Below are positions 18,800-28,008 of a stretch of 51,150 nt of DNA, piece after piece. A program made the position numbers and the translations under genes. This DNA is from Candidatus Nomurabacteria bacterium (GTDB taxonomy: Bacteria > Patescibacteriota > Minisyncoccia > Phycocordibacterales > UBA9973): positions 1-51,150 of the forward strand of contig JARIGO010000001.1 in the NCBI GenBank assembly GCA_029288805.1. The letters run 5' to 3'. The notes under the pieces are model-generated. The model ran no database searches and was not told the DNA's origin. It was given only the letters and a program-made list of their open reading frames with translations. The first letter of the stretch is position 1. Every line of letters starts with the position of its first letter.

Positions 18800-19366
18800 T
18801 TATTTTACTATCCGATAGTGAACGCCGATAACGCCATCGCCTATGGTTTCTGAACTGATGAGTTCCAGAAGAACCTTTTTGTTCACATGTCCCAAAAATG
18901 TTTTTCCTTCACCCAAGATAACGGGGTTGATGGTAAATTGAAATTCATCAATAAGTCCAAGTTCCATTAAGGAGGTGGCAAGGGTAGGGCTGCCGAATAT
19001 CACCAGGTCTTTACCTTCCTGTTCCTTCAGCTTCGTAACTTCTTCCGTGATGTTCTCAGAAATTATTTTTGTATTGTTCCAATCTTCATGAGTAAGCGTT
19101 GTTGAAAATACGATTTTCTCTATGTTTTCAATCCACTTGGCATGCTCAGCCTCGTGAGGAGTTGCAGAAGGATCGTTCAAGACAGTGCGCCAGTACTTCA
19201 TTAGTTCAAACGTGTTTCTTCCATATAGAGGAGTACCAACAGACTTCACGATTTTTTCCGCGTACTGTTCAAATGCTGAATTGTATGAAATCCATTCCAA
19301 GCCCCCGTCCTTTGTTGCACAAAATCCGTCTAATGATATGTGCATAAATAAAACTATTTTTCTCAT
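18800..19366 (-). CDS. Dihydrofolate reductase-family (RibD C-terminal domain) protein
   Basis: MRKIVLFMHISLDGF, LYGRNTFELM, KIVFSTTL, GKDLVIFGSPTLA, GLIDEF. Start at 19366, 6 nt after TGnTATACT. Confidence 0.9.
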   Translation of the reverse strand: MRKIVLFMHISLDGFCATKDGGLEWISYNSAFEQYAEKIVKSVGTPLYGRNTFELMKYWRTVLNDPSATPHEAEHAKWIENIEKIVFSTTLTHEDWNNTKIISENITEEVTKLKEQEGKDLVIFGSPTLATSLMELGLIDEFQFTINPVILGEGKTFLGHVNKKVLLELISSETIGDGVIGVHYRIVK

Positions 19367-19450
19367 AGTCATAGTATAGCAGTAAAATAATTCTATTAAT
19401 TTGATGTATGGAAAATGATTTAAAAATATTCCAACCAAAAACCGTGACTG

Positions 19451-20032
19451 CTATAGGGCAATCACGGTTTGATCTTCAAGGTTTTTTCTGAGAGAAAGAT
19501 ACGTAGGATATTCGTAGGAAGGACGAGACCATGGAAAAAAGTACATTCCGGAATAACAGTAATAATCTACAACAGGATTATCAAACACATTGCTGACAGT
19601 TGCTGTCTTAATGCATCCGACTCCAATTGATTGCAGATACTCGATAGCAACGAAAAAAGTTTTTCCGCTATGCACTGCGTCATCCACCAGTAACACGTTC
19701 TTTCCTTTCAACGCTGACTCAGTCAGGGTTGGGAGCCGCGCTTGAAGCATGGGGTCCTTGCAGTGAAATAGTAGACCTTGCACTATCGAAGGTATAATCC
19801 GCAGACGTTCCGGGAATATACGGTATAGCTTCTGCAGGTTGATCGATCTCTTCACGGTAATTGAATAATGGGGAAGCTGAAGCTTTTTCTCCAGTAGGTG
19901 TCCTATGTACCATCCTCCGGATTCAATGCTGACAATGTAATCAGGACGGAACGTTTTCACGTTCTCTGCTATTTTGTCACAGCAACGTTCTAGCCTGGCT
20001 AGGGTTACCAAATGGTTTTTAAATATGTTCAC
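19451..20032 (-). CDS. Type I phosphoribosyltransferase
   Basis: PRPP-binding loop VLLVDDAVHSGKT. GTG start. Confidence 0.85.
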   Translation of the reverse strand: MNIFKNHLVTLARLERCCDKIAENVKTFRPDYIVSIESGGWYIGHLLEKKLQLPHYSITVKRSINLQKLYRIFPERLRIIPSIVQGLLFHCKDPMLQARLPTLTESALKGKNVLLVDDAVHSGKTFFVAIEYLQSIGVGCIKTATVSNVFDNPVVDYYCYSGMYFFPWSRPSYEYPTYLSLRKNLEDQTVIAL

Positions 20033-20163
20033 TTTTTAGGCTTTTGGTTTTGCATACTATACAAGCAAAATTTAAACTTGGCAACACTGATAGTTTAATC
20101 GCCCCTAATCTTGACTTGGACAAAGGTCAGGGATAGAGTAAGAAAAACTAACCATACTTACAT

Positions 20164-20568
20164 ATGAATATAGGAGCAATAATACTTGGATTATTTTGGG
20201 CTTTTACAATAAGCATTTTTTCCTACTGCGAATATCGTTCGCGAAAAAAAGGAAGGATTAGGCGAATACTGGCTGACAGACTTGAGGATGCTGAGAAGGA
20301 GATTGATAAGTATATTGCCAAGTTCTGCTCGCGCCTGGAGGACAACCTGCAGTATGAGATTAGCTCCTCACTGGAAGAGATCGACATGATTGATCCGTAT
20401 CAGACCGTCACGTACAAGAAATTACTGAAAGAGAAGCACAAAGCTCTTGTAGCATATTTTGAGACTAACAAAGCCAATATCCGTAAAGAAACACTCATTG
20501 CACTCCTGAGTCAGATTGATGATGAAGATCTCACCCAGAGAGTATTAATGCTGCTTTTCACAGGCTAA
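20164..20568 (+). CDS. Hypothetical membrane-anchored protein
   Basis: N-terminal TM. Promoter TTGACT-17 nt-TAGAGT (20111-20139) and own terminator. Confidence 0.7.
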   Translation: MNIGAIILGLFWAFTISIFSYCEYRSRKKGRIRRILADRLEDAEKEIDKYIAKFCSRLEDNLQYEISSSLEEIDMIDPYQTVTYKKLLKEKHKALVAYFETNKANIRKETLIALLSQIDDEDLTQRVLMLLFTG

Positions 20569-20602
20569 CATCACCTTTTATTGTAAAGGTGATGTTTTTT
20601 TT
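20567..20602 (+). terminator. Intrinsic terminator
   Basis: AACATCACCTTT-TATTGT-AAAGGTGATGTT followed by a T-run. Confidence 0.85.
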
Positions 20603-20629
20603 GTTTCGGGTTCGAACGAAATACTTTGT

Positions 20630-21196
20630 CTAGCTAAACGCATGTAGTGCTTCCTTTATTCCATAAAAGACAATCACAAGACTTGCAGCACTGTCTGTCC
20701 ACCACCAACCTAGATATGTAGTAGCGAGTAATCCAATAAGTACTGATACCGCAAGCAATCCATCTATAACCGTCACTCGTGATTCCGCAATAAGGACGGG
20801 GTTGTCGATCTTTTGCCCCACCTTCTTTTTTCCATAGGCAAGCAGGAACATGACGATCGCGGTAACGGTTAGCCATATGATACCGTCAACGGAAGGTGAG
20901 GCATGAGAATGATGAGCTAGGCCGAACGTGACTTGAGTAACGATGTAGAGAGAAAGCAGGATAAAAGCGACCCCGATCAGCTTTGTTGCCAAACCTTCAT
21001 ATATTTTGTTAATAGCCCTTAACTGCCATATCACCACGACAGAGGCAAAAATTTCAATGACTGAATCAATGCCGAATCCAAACAACGAGAGAGAGGAAGC
21101 CTTTACTGCAAGCGCTATGACGATAACACACCCGATAACATTCCAACCGAGCGTAACGTATTCCAATAACAATCCTTTTTGAAGAGGGTTTTCCAT
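20630..21196 (-). CDS. Cation transporter (CDF-like, TM domain only)
   Basis: SLFGFGIDSVIE and AESRVTVID, with six TMs. Confidence 0.8.
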   Translation of the reverse strand: MENPLQKGLLLEYVTLGWNVIGCVIVIALAVKASSLSLFGFGIDSVIEIFASVVVIWQLRAINKIYEGLATKLIGVAFILLSLYIVTQVTFGLAHHSHASPSVDGIIWLTVTAIVMFLLAYGKKKVGQKIDNPVLIAESRVTVIDGLLAVSVLIGLLATTYLGWWWTDSAASLVIVFYGIKEALHAFS

Positions 21197-21220
21197 GAGG
21201 AAAGTATATCAGGTTCGAAC

Positions 21221-21724
21221 TTACTTATTTTGAAAATTTCTTAATCCTTCTGCCAATGTCTTCAACTTTTCAGTATCAGCAATTGGTCCGCCGCCAGAGC
21301 AAATCCACCCTTCATATTTGTCAAACCAAAATTCCTTTTCACTTAAAAACTGTTGCCAAATGCCTTTCTTTAAATTCTCAGTACCATGAAGGGGCATGAG
21401 CTTTATGTGAGCATGGTCGATACCCGTTCCTTCCATGAGCACGCCAACTCTTCCGACATCTTCATAATAGTTTTCCAACACTCCCGCAACTTCTTTGGAT
21501 GCAAGTATAAAACGCTGCAGCACATCGTCAGGCATTTTCATGACATCACTTTCATGGTGTTCCTTTGGAATAACACAGGTGAATCCTTCCGTGTTTGGGT
21601 CAATGGAAAGGAATGCCATAAACTCATCATTCTCCCAGAATATGCCAGGGGTCTGTATTCTTCCTGCTACTATCTCACAGAATATGCACTTGTTGTCTTG
21701 GGTTGTTGCGTCGTATGTTGCCAT
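21221..21724 (-). CDS. HIT family protein
   Basis: CIFCEIVAG, VIPKEHH, IDHAHIKL histidine triad variant. Confidence 0.88.
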   Translation of the reverse strand: MATYDATTQDNKCIFCEIVAGRIQTPGIFWENDEFMAFLSIDPNTEGFTCVIPKEHHESDVMKMPDDVLQRFILASKEVAGVLENYYEDVGRVGVLMEGTGIDHAHIKLMPLHGTENLKKGIWQQFLSEKEFWFDKYEGWICSGGGPIADTEKLKTLAEGLRNFQNK

Positions 21725-21782
21725 GAAGTAAGTATATCAGGTTTGCAACAGCGAGCGGTTTTACAGCTGTATGTAAGATAGT

Positions 21783-22952
21783 TTAGGAGTATTTTCTTTT
21801 GCTCCGAATGGTCGAGAATGCTTTGAGTTGTATTTTATTAAGTCGGGTAGGGGCCAAAGAAGTTAGCTCGCTGTAGACCCACAATTTCATAAGGGTAAAG
21901 TTCCAAATGAACGCTACCAATGTCGCCATGCATGCTGCCCAAATAGGATGGATGTGGAACAGACTCAAAAAGAGGGAAAGGGAAATAAGGTCCAAGGCCA
22001 GTCCGCCTGCCACTGTCAGATAGAAACGCACTATTTCCGTAATGCCCAATTTTGTTTTCTTTTTGAAGGTCCAATAGCGGTTGAAAAGGAAGCTTGAAAC
22101 CGTGCCGGCCAAGAATGAAATAATTTTTGCCACAATCAAATGGTCTGCAAAGAAATGATAGCGACTGATGAAATAGACATAGAGACCAAGATCAATCAGC
22201 GTATTAATGATGCCAACAATGGTGAATCGCACCATCTGTTCTCGGGGCAAGGCACCAAGACGACTCTGAAAGAGAGCGAATAATTCCTTAAATGCCCGGA
22301 TGATAACTTTGGGATGTGCGCCGGTAGCCACACCCTCGACACGAGCATAGTGTGAGACCGGAATTTCCTTAAAGGGAATTTTCTTACGCTGCAATCGAAT
22401 GAGCATCTCGGCGCTCATCATGGCGCCGCGGGTTTTTAGCGGTAGTGATGCCACCAGTTTTCGATCCATCAGTTTAAATGCACAATCAATGTCTTTGACT
22501 TTCAATCCAAACAATAAGCGATTTAAAAAATTCCACAATGCCGCATTCATGATGCGCAGGAAGTTGTCACGGCGTGGAGAGCGATAGCCAAGCACAATTT
22601 TATAATCAGGTACGAAGTGCATCAAAATGGCAAGCTCGGAAAAATCAAACTGCAAATCGGCATCAGTAAAAAAAATGTAATCGTATTGCGCCGCCTGAAT
22701 GCCACTCCACAGTGCCGCCCCATATCCTTTGTTGGGGTTGTGATGAACAACTTTGATATGCTTATTTTTTGCAGCCATTTCATCCGCAATTGCGCCAGTG
22801 TCGTCTTTGCTACCGTCATCAACAATGATGATTTCATAGGTAGAAGTCAGGGTGCTTACTACTGCCTCAGCCGCCTCCACACTATTGCGAATATTGGCTT
22901 CTTCGTTATAAGCGGGGAAAAATATTGAAAGGGAAATAGTTTGTTTATTCAT
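21783..22952 (-). CDS. GT2 polyprenol-phosphate glycosyltransferase (GtrB/DPM1-like) fused to a C-terminal GtrA domain
   Basis: FPAYNEE, IIVDDGSKD, NKGYGAA, FTDADLQF, DIDCAFKL, followed by RFTIVGIINTLID...FLFNRYWTF. Confidence 0.9.
   Translation of the reverse strand: MNKQTISLSIFFPAYNEEANIRNSVEAAEAVVSTLTSTYEIIIVDDGSKDDTGAIADEMAAKNKHIKVVHHNPNKGYGAALWSGIQAAQYDYIFFTDADLQFDFSELAILMHFVPDYKIVLGYRSPRRDNFLRIMNAALWNFLNRLLFGLKVKDIDCAFKLMDRKLVASLPLKTRGAMMSAEMLIRLQRKKIPFKEIPVSHYARVEGVATGAHPKVIIRAFKELFALFQSRLGALPREQMVRFTIVGIINTLIDLGLYVYFISRYHFFADHLIVAKIISFLAGTVSSFLFNRYWTFKKKTKLGITEIVRFYLTVAGGLALDLISLSLFLSLFHIHPIWAACMATLVAFIWNFTLMKLWVYSELTSLAPTRLNKIQLKAFSTIRSKRKYS
21799..21834 (+). repeat. Degenerate direct-repeat site S1 (att-like)
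   Basis: TTGCTCCGAATGGTCGAGAATG matches S2 (28469) at 20/22 nt. Overlaps the 3' end of the GT2-GtrA CDS. Confidence 0.7.
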
Positions 22953-23019
22953 ATCGTAGTAATAAGCATAGGGAAATACCCCCTTTATATAATACGAACG
23001 GATAATTACTATTACTTTC

Positions 23020-23712
23020 ATGCAGCAACATTATCGTTACAACATACTGCCGATCGTCTTTGGCGCAATACTGATCATCATGCTTTGCGCGGCAGGGAAC
23101 GTTTTTGCCGCACATCACGATAATAATGGTAATCATGGAAATGATACGCAAGCTCCAGCTGCGCAAAATACCACCGCCAGCACGCAGAGTCCTGCCACTG
23201 CTGATCCTGCTCCTACCAGTCCGGCCAACGATTCACCGGCTGCTACCCCAAGTGGTAATACACAGTCTCCTGCTACCTCACCAGCCTCCACTCCTTCCAC
23301 CACTGATCCTTCGCAGCCAAACAATCCGGCACCTCCATCACCTGCAGCAGTGGACGATGGAAAGGATAACGGAAATATGCATGATCATGGTAACGATGAA
23401 AATCAGCCGGTCGATACTGATATTTATAATGAAATCATACCGACTGTCGTTCCGTCACTTCCGGATCCGCCATCTGTTATTACTCATTCGGAATTTGATT
23501 CGGCTATCAAGTCTGCCATTACCAAGAATGCACCACAATTAGTCGATCGAATTCATGCCACTAAGTTCACTACCGCTTCAAATTACTACACGCCTACAGG
23601 GTTTAGCGCTACTACCACTCGAAACATAGAATATACGGCATATGGTATGGCGCTGGTCGGACTTATCATGATAATGCAAAACAAAAGGGTGCTTCAAAAA
23701 TTTACAGCTTAA
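23020..23712 (+). CDS. Pro/Ser/Thr-rich surface protein with signal peptide and C-terminal TM anchor
   Basis: Signal-like N-terminus (..NVFA), long PAST-rich tract, C-terminal YGMALVGLIMIM followed by basic residues. Confidence 0.7.
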   Translation: MQQHYRYNILPIVFGAILIIMLCAAGNVFAAHHDNNGNHGNDTQAPAAQNTTASTQSPATADPAPTSPANDSPAATPSGNTQSPATSPASTPSTTDPSQPNNPAPPSPAAVDDGKDNGNMHDHGNDENQPVDTDIYNEIIPTVVPSLPDPPSVITHSEFDSAIKSAITKNAPQLVDRIHATKFTTASNYYTPTGFSATTTRNIEYTAYGMALVGLIMIMQNKRVLQKFTA

Positions 23713-23732
23713 CATTATAAACAGTTATCTAT

Positions 23733-24971
23733 ATGGTGTCTTTCTTAACTCGGATGACGGTACTACAAAAAATAGGTCTCGCACTGCTCATCGTCGCCGT
23801 ACTTTTGTACATACTCGTGCGGTACGAAAATAGTCCTAAAGCGAAAGTGCCATTGGTATTCTCCCAAAAGGAACTGCTCTCAACATTATGGCAAGCATAT
23901 AAAAGCGATAACATTGAAAGCGGTAGTAATCGTACCCTTGATAAACAACAGAATAATATTACTACCTCCGAAGGAGAGAGTTATACCATGCTGCGAGCGG
24001 TATGGATGGATGACCAAGCGACGTTTGACGCTAGCTATAAGTGGACAACCGACATTCTGCAACACAAAAATGATCATTTGTTCAGCTGGCAATTTGGCCA
24101 ATTACCGGATAAAAAATATGGTGTCTTAACCAATCAAGGTGGTCAAAATGCCGCCAGTGATGCCGATAGTGATATTGCCCTGGCACTGCTCTTTGCACAT
24201 GAGAAATGGGGTAATCAATACTATCTTGATCAAGCCAAACTGATCATTAAAGACATATATAAAAATGAAGTGGTGACCATTAACGGCAAGCCTATTCTGG
24301 TTGCAGATGACGTTGAACAATTTTCGTCTAGTCGTGTGGTTATCAATCCCTCATACTTCGCACCATATTCGTATCGATTGTTTGCCATTGTGGATCCTCA
24401 GGATAATTGGAAGGGTGTCATCGACAGCAGTTATGATATTTTGCAGCAAACCACCACCATGCAGCTGAATGGCGTGAACGGCACGCTGCCGCCTAACTGG
24501 GTAGAGATGGATCATCACAGCGGCAGTATCCGTGCTGTTACTGATAATTCATCACTGACAACGCAGTACAGCTACGATGCCTTGCGCATTCCGTGGCGCA
24601 TTGCCTTGGATTGGCAATGGTATCAAGAACCGCGTGCCAAAAGCTACCTTGACTCATTGTCATTCTTTGAACAGCAATGGCAGGCTCATGGCAAACTCAG
24701 TACGGTCTACAACCATGACGGCAGTGCTCCTACAATCTTAGAAAGTCCGGCTATGTACGGCGGTGTCATTGGCTACTTCATGACCAGTGATCCTGCTGAT
24801 GCTAAAAACGTGTACGCTCAGAAACTGCAATTGTTGTACGATCCCGATACCAATGCTTGGCGTAAGGTCTTAAGCTATTACGATGACAACTGGGCCTGGT
24901 TCGGAATCGCCATGTACAATAACTTGCTGCCAAATCTCGGGTCGACTATTACCAGCCAAGAAGCGAAATGA
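23733..24971 (+). CDS. Glycoside hydrolase family 8 (BcsZ-like endoglucanase)
   Basis: TTSEGESYTMLRAV, ASDADSDIALAL, INPSYF, YDALRIPWRIALD. N-terminal TM anchor. Confidence 0.92.
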   Translation: MVSFLTRMTVLQKIGLALLIVAVLLYILVRYENSPKAKVPLVFSQKELLSTLWQAYKSDNIESGSNRTLDKQQNNITTSEGESYTMLRAVWMDDQATFDASYKWTTDILQHKNDHLFSWQFGQLPDKKYGVLTNQGGQNAASDADSDIALALLFAHEKWGNQYYLDQAKLIIKDIYKNEVVTINGKPILVADDVEQFSSSRVVINPSYFAPYSYRLFAIVDPQDNWKGVIDSSYDILQQTTTMQLNGVNGTLPPNWVEMDHHSGSIRAVTDNSSLTTQYSYDALRIPWRIALDWQWYQEPRAKSYLDSLSFFEQQWQAHGKLSTVYNHDGSAPTILESPAMYGGVIGYFMTSDPADAKNVYAQKLQLLYDPDTNAWRKVLSYYDDNWAWFGIAMYNNLLPNLGSTITSQEAK

Positions 24972-24972
24972 T

Positions 24973-26526
24973 ATGCAGCATCCTGAATATCCAAACGAAT
25001 TCCTTAACGGCAAGGTGTCAAAAATACTAATCATCCTGAACACTCTTCTGGCCAGTGTGTACTTCTATATCCTGGTCTTTGTCTTTCCGGTTGGTAACAA
25101 GGTTTTGTTTGGGCTGCTGGTATTCGGTGAGGTCTTTCACGTGTGGCAATTGCTTATGTTTCTTTACACCATCTGGGATCGTAAACGAACCGTGGCACCG
25201 GACCCGCAGTATTATCCCGCGGTGGATGTCTATGTCACAGTGGCCGGTGAGCCGGTCAGTGTTATTGAGGAAACGTTGCAAGGGATCACTGCTATGGATT
25301 ATCCGGATTTCAAAGTGTACATTTTGAATGATGGCTACGTGGCCAAAAAAGACAATTGGCAGGACGTTGAAACGTTGGCTGCTCAATACGGTGCCGTTGC
25401 TATCACCCGTAAAATCGGCGGAGGAGCCAAGGCGGGTAACATTAACAATGCGCTCAAGCAAACCGCCAATCCTTTCGTTGCTATTTTTGATGCCGACCAT
25501 ATCCCTCATATGGATTTCTTAAAAAAAACCGTACCGCATTTCAGTGATGAAAAAGTGGCCTTCGTGCAATCGCCGCAGTACTATAAAAATTTTCATGAAA
25601 ATGAGGTTGCCGGTGGTGCATGGGAGCAACAGCAACTCTTCTTCGGTCCGATCTGTGAAGGTAAGAATCGTCTTAACGCTACCACGATGTGTGGTACCAA
25701 CATGGTCATTCGCCGCGCCGCATTGATGGAAGTGGGCGGCATGTGCGAAGAAAGCATTGCTGAGGATTTTGCCACCGGCATGTTCATGCACTGCAGAGGC
25801 TGGCGGTCCGTGTATGTGCCAGAAGTGTTGGCCGAAGGATTGGCACCGGAAGACTTTTTGTCATACTACAAACAACAATTACGATGGGCTCGCGGGGGAT
25901 TGGATGTCTTGTTTAAATATAACGTGCTCTTTACTTCCGGGCTAACCTTTGCGCAGCGGCTGCAGTATCTTTCATCGGTCTCTTTCTTTTTCTCAGGCAT
26001 TGTGGTCGTGATTAATGCCGTCATTCCGCTTGTCTTTTTCTTCACCGGAGCAGTACCATTTCTCATTTCGACCATGGTGTTGGCAACAATCTTCTTACCG
26101 TACATATTCGTAACCTTGTATACATTGCAGACATCAACCAATTTTCACTTTACCTATCGATCATTGGCCTTTTCGGTCGGCTCATTCGGCATCCATATCA
26201 AAGCCTGGCTGTCGGCTTTGTTTGGCGGCAAGGCCACGTTTGAAGTGACATCAAAAAAGAAATTGAGCGGTAACTTTTTGAATTTGGTACGACCGCATAT
26301 CGCATACATTGTCTTGGCAATTGTCGGTGTCGGCTATGCCTTATGGCGCGATGGATTGACCGCCTCATTGGTTGCAAACGCTTCGTGGGCATTGATCAAT
26401 TCTATTCTCTTCAGTGAGTTTGTATTTGTAGCCATGCCGGAAAGTGAGATAAAGAAGGATGTCGATAAGAGCCGCAAGGTTGTGCGTAGCATTGTGATGA
26501 GGCCACGTAATATTTCAAACATATGA
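24973..26526 (+). CDS. Processive GT2 cellulose-synthase-like catalytic subunit, no PilZ domain
   Basis: NDG, AKAGNIN, FDADHIP, VQSPQ, CGTN, AED and QQLRW (D,D,D,QxxRW) with flanking TMs. Ends about 30 aa after the last TM. Start at ATG 24973. Confidence 0.9.
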   Translation: MQHPEYPNEFLNGKVSKILIILNTLLASVYFYILVFVFPVGNKVLFGLLVFGEVFHVWQLLMFLYTIWDRKRTVAPDPQYYPAVDVYVTVAGEPVSVIEETLQGITAMDYPDFKVYILNDGYVAKKDNWQDVETLAAQYGAVAITRKIGGGAKAGNINNALKQTANPFVAIFDADHIPHMDFLKKTVPHFSDEKVAFVQSPQYYKNFHENEVAGGAWEQQQLFFGPICEGKNRLNATTMCGTNMVIRRAALMEVGGMCEESIAEDFATGMFMHCRGWRSVYVPEVLAEGLAPEDFLSYYKQQLRWARGGLDVLFKYNVLFTSGLTFAQRLQYLSSVSFFFSGIVVVINAVIPLVFFFTGAVPFLISTMVLATIFLPYIFVTLYTLQTSTNFHFTYRSLAFSVGSFGIHIKAWLSALFGGKATFEVTSKKKLSGNFLNLVRPHIAYIVLAIVGVGYALWRDGLTASLVANASWALINSILFSEFVFVAMPESEIKKDVDKSRKVVRSIVMRPRNISNI

Positions 26527-28007
26527 ATACACAGTCTTGGATCAGTCGTAATAGAGCCGCCGTTGCCATTGTTGGATGCATGGTATTGGTAGTAGTGTTG
26601 TCTGCAGCCTTTTTCTTAAAGCAAAGCCTGCGTTTGGACGAATCGCAAAGCTTGTGGCAAACCAGTCACTCTGTCATGAAAATCTTTAATATTATCGCTC
26701 AGGATGTGCACGTACCGCTCTATCACATCATGCTGCATTTCTGGCAAATATTTTTTGGCAATGGTGTGGCCACAGCTCGAGTATTCTCGCTGCTGTTCTT
26801 TGTTCTAGCCATTCCGGCCCTCTTTAAATTGGCAAAGTTACTATATGGGGAAGAGGCGGCAATTTTTACCATCCTGCTCTTTTCCATCTCGCCATTCATG
26901 AATTGGTATGGCAATGAAATTCGCATGTACAGCCTCTTCACGCTAGTGGTGATATTGAATATGTACTATTTTGTCCGTATCTACAAGGAACGTGACTCGG
27001 AAGATCAAAATGCTATTTGGTTTTTGTATATCGTCACGGTTATTGCTGGCATCTTCACGCACTATTTCTTTTTCTTTGCACTGTTCAGTGAATTGATTTT
27101 CTTCATTACTCATCGTGACAAGTTTGCTCCCAATGCAACCAAGCGGTTTATCTGGACTATCGTGCTGGTTGTTGTTGCCTTTGCACCATGGGTACGATAT
27201 GTCTTGCATTTGGGCAGTATCAGTAATAGTGAGCCGTTACTGGCTCCACCGACATCCGTTAACGTGTTCAACACCTTTTCGCAATTCCTGTTCGGTTTTC
27301 AGATTAATTACGTCAACACCATCTTGGTGTCGTTCTGGCCGGTCACTATCTTGCTGGGTTTCCTAGCTCTGCGAAAACGTAAAACCATTTCCGCCGACAC
27401 CGCCTTCCTGGTTATCTGCTTTATTGTGCCGAATATTCTGGCATTTATCGTCAGTACTTTTGTCTTGCCGTTATATTTGAGTCGATATCTGATCTTCACA
27501 CTACCGCCTATGTATATGTTATTGGCAGCCTTAGCGGTATCCTATCCGCCCAAAATCAAAAAGCTTTTTATGGGTATCCTAATCAGCGTCATGATTGTGA
27601 CCCTGGGGGCGGAGATTGTCAGTGCACAAACACCAGTGAAGGAAGACTATAAGCAGGTCGTTAATTATATTCAAAGCCATTCGTCGTTTGATGATGTCAT
27701 TATTGTCTCAGCACCGTTTACAATCTATCCGATTGATTACTACTACAAAGGGCCGATAGCTGCCCAGACGTTGCCGATATGGAATCGTGACAACTATGGT
27801 CCTATACCGCCGTTCAATGAATCCACCTTGCCACAACAGGTCAAACAGATTACGGCAGGCAGTCGGAATGTTTGGGTCGTACTGAGTTATGACCAAGGGT
27901 ACGAAAAAAACATTCATGATTATTTCGAAAGTCATTATCAGAAACTATATCAGCAAGTTTTTTCTCCGGACCTGACTTTGTACGAATATAAGATACGATA
28001 CCCATAA
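26523..28007 (+). CDS. GT-C fold membrane glycosyltransferase (ArnT/PMT-like)
   Basis: SLRLDES near the N-terminus, DVHVPLYH, EIRMYSL, many TMs, and a C-terminal extracytoplasmic domain. Confidence 0.85.
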   Translation: MNTQSWISRNRAAVAIVGCMVLVVVLSAAFFLKQSLRLDESQSLWQTSHSVMKIFNIIAQDVHVPLYHIMLHFWQIFFGNGVATARVFSLLFFVLAIPALFKLAKLLYGEEAAIFTILLFSISPFMNWYGNEIRMYSLFTLVVILNMYYFVRIYKERDSEDQNAIWFLYIVTVIAGIFTHYFFFFALFSELIFFITHRDKFAPNATKRFIWTIVLVVVAFAPWVRYVLHLGSISNSEPLLAPPTSVNVFNTFSQFLFGFQINYVNTILVSFWPVTILLGFLALRKRKTISADTAFLVICFIVPNILAFIVSTFVLPLYLSRYLIFTLPPMYMLLAALAVSYPPKIKKLFMGILISVMIVTLGAEIVSAQTPVKEDYKQVVNYIQSHSSFDDVIIVSAPFTIYPIDYYYKGPIAAQTLPIWNRDNYGPIPPFNESTLPQQVKQITAGSRNVWVVLSYDQGYEKNIHDYFESHYQKLYQQVFSPDLTLYEYKIRYP

Positions 28008-28008
28008 T

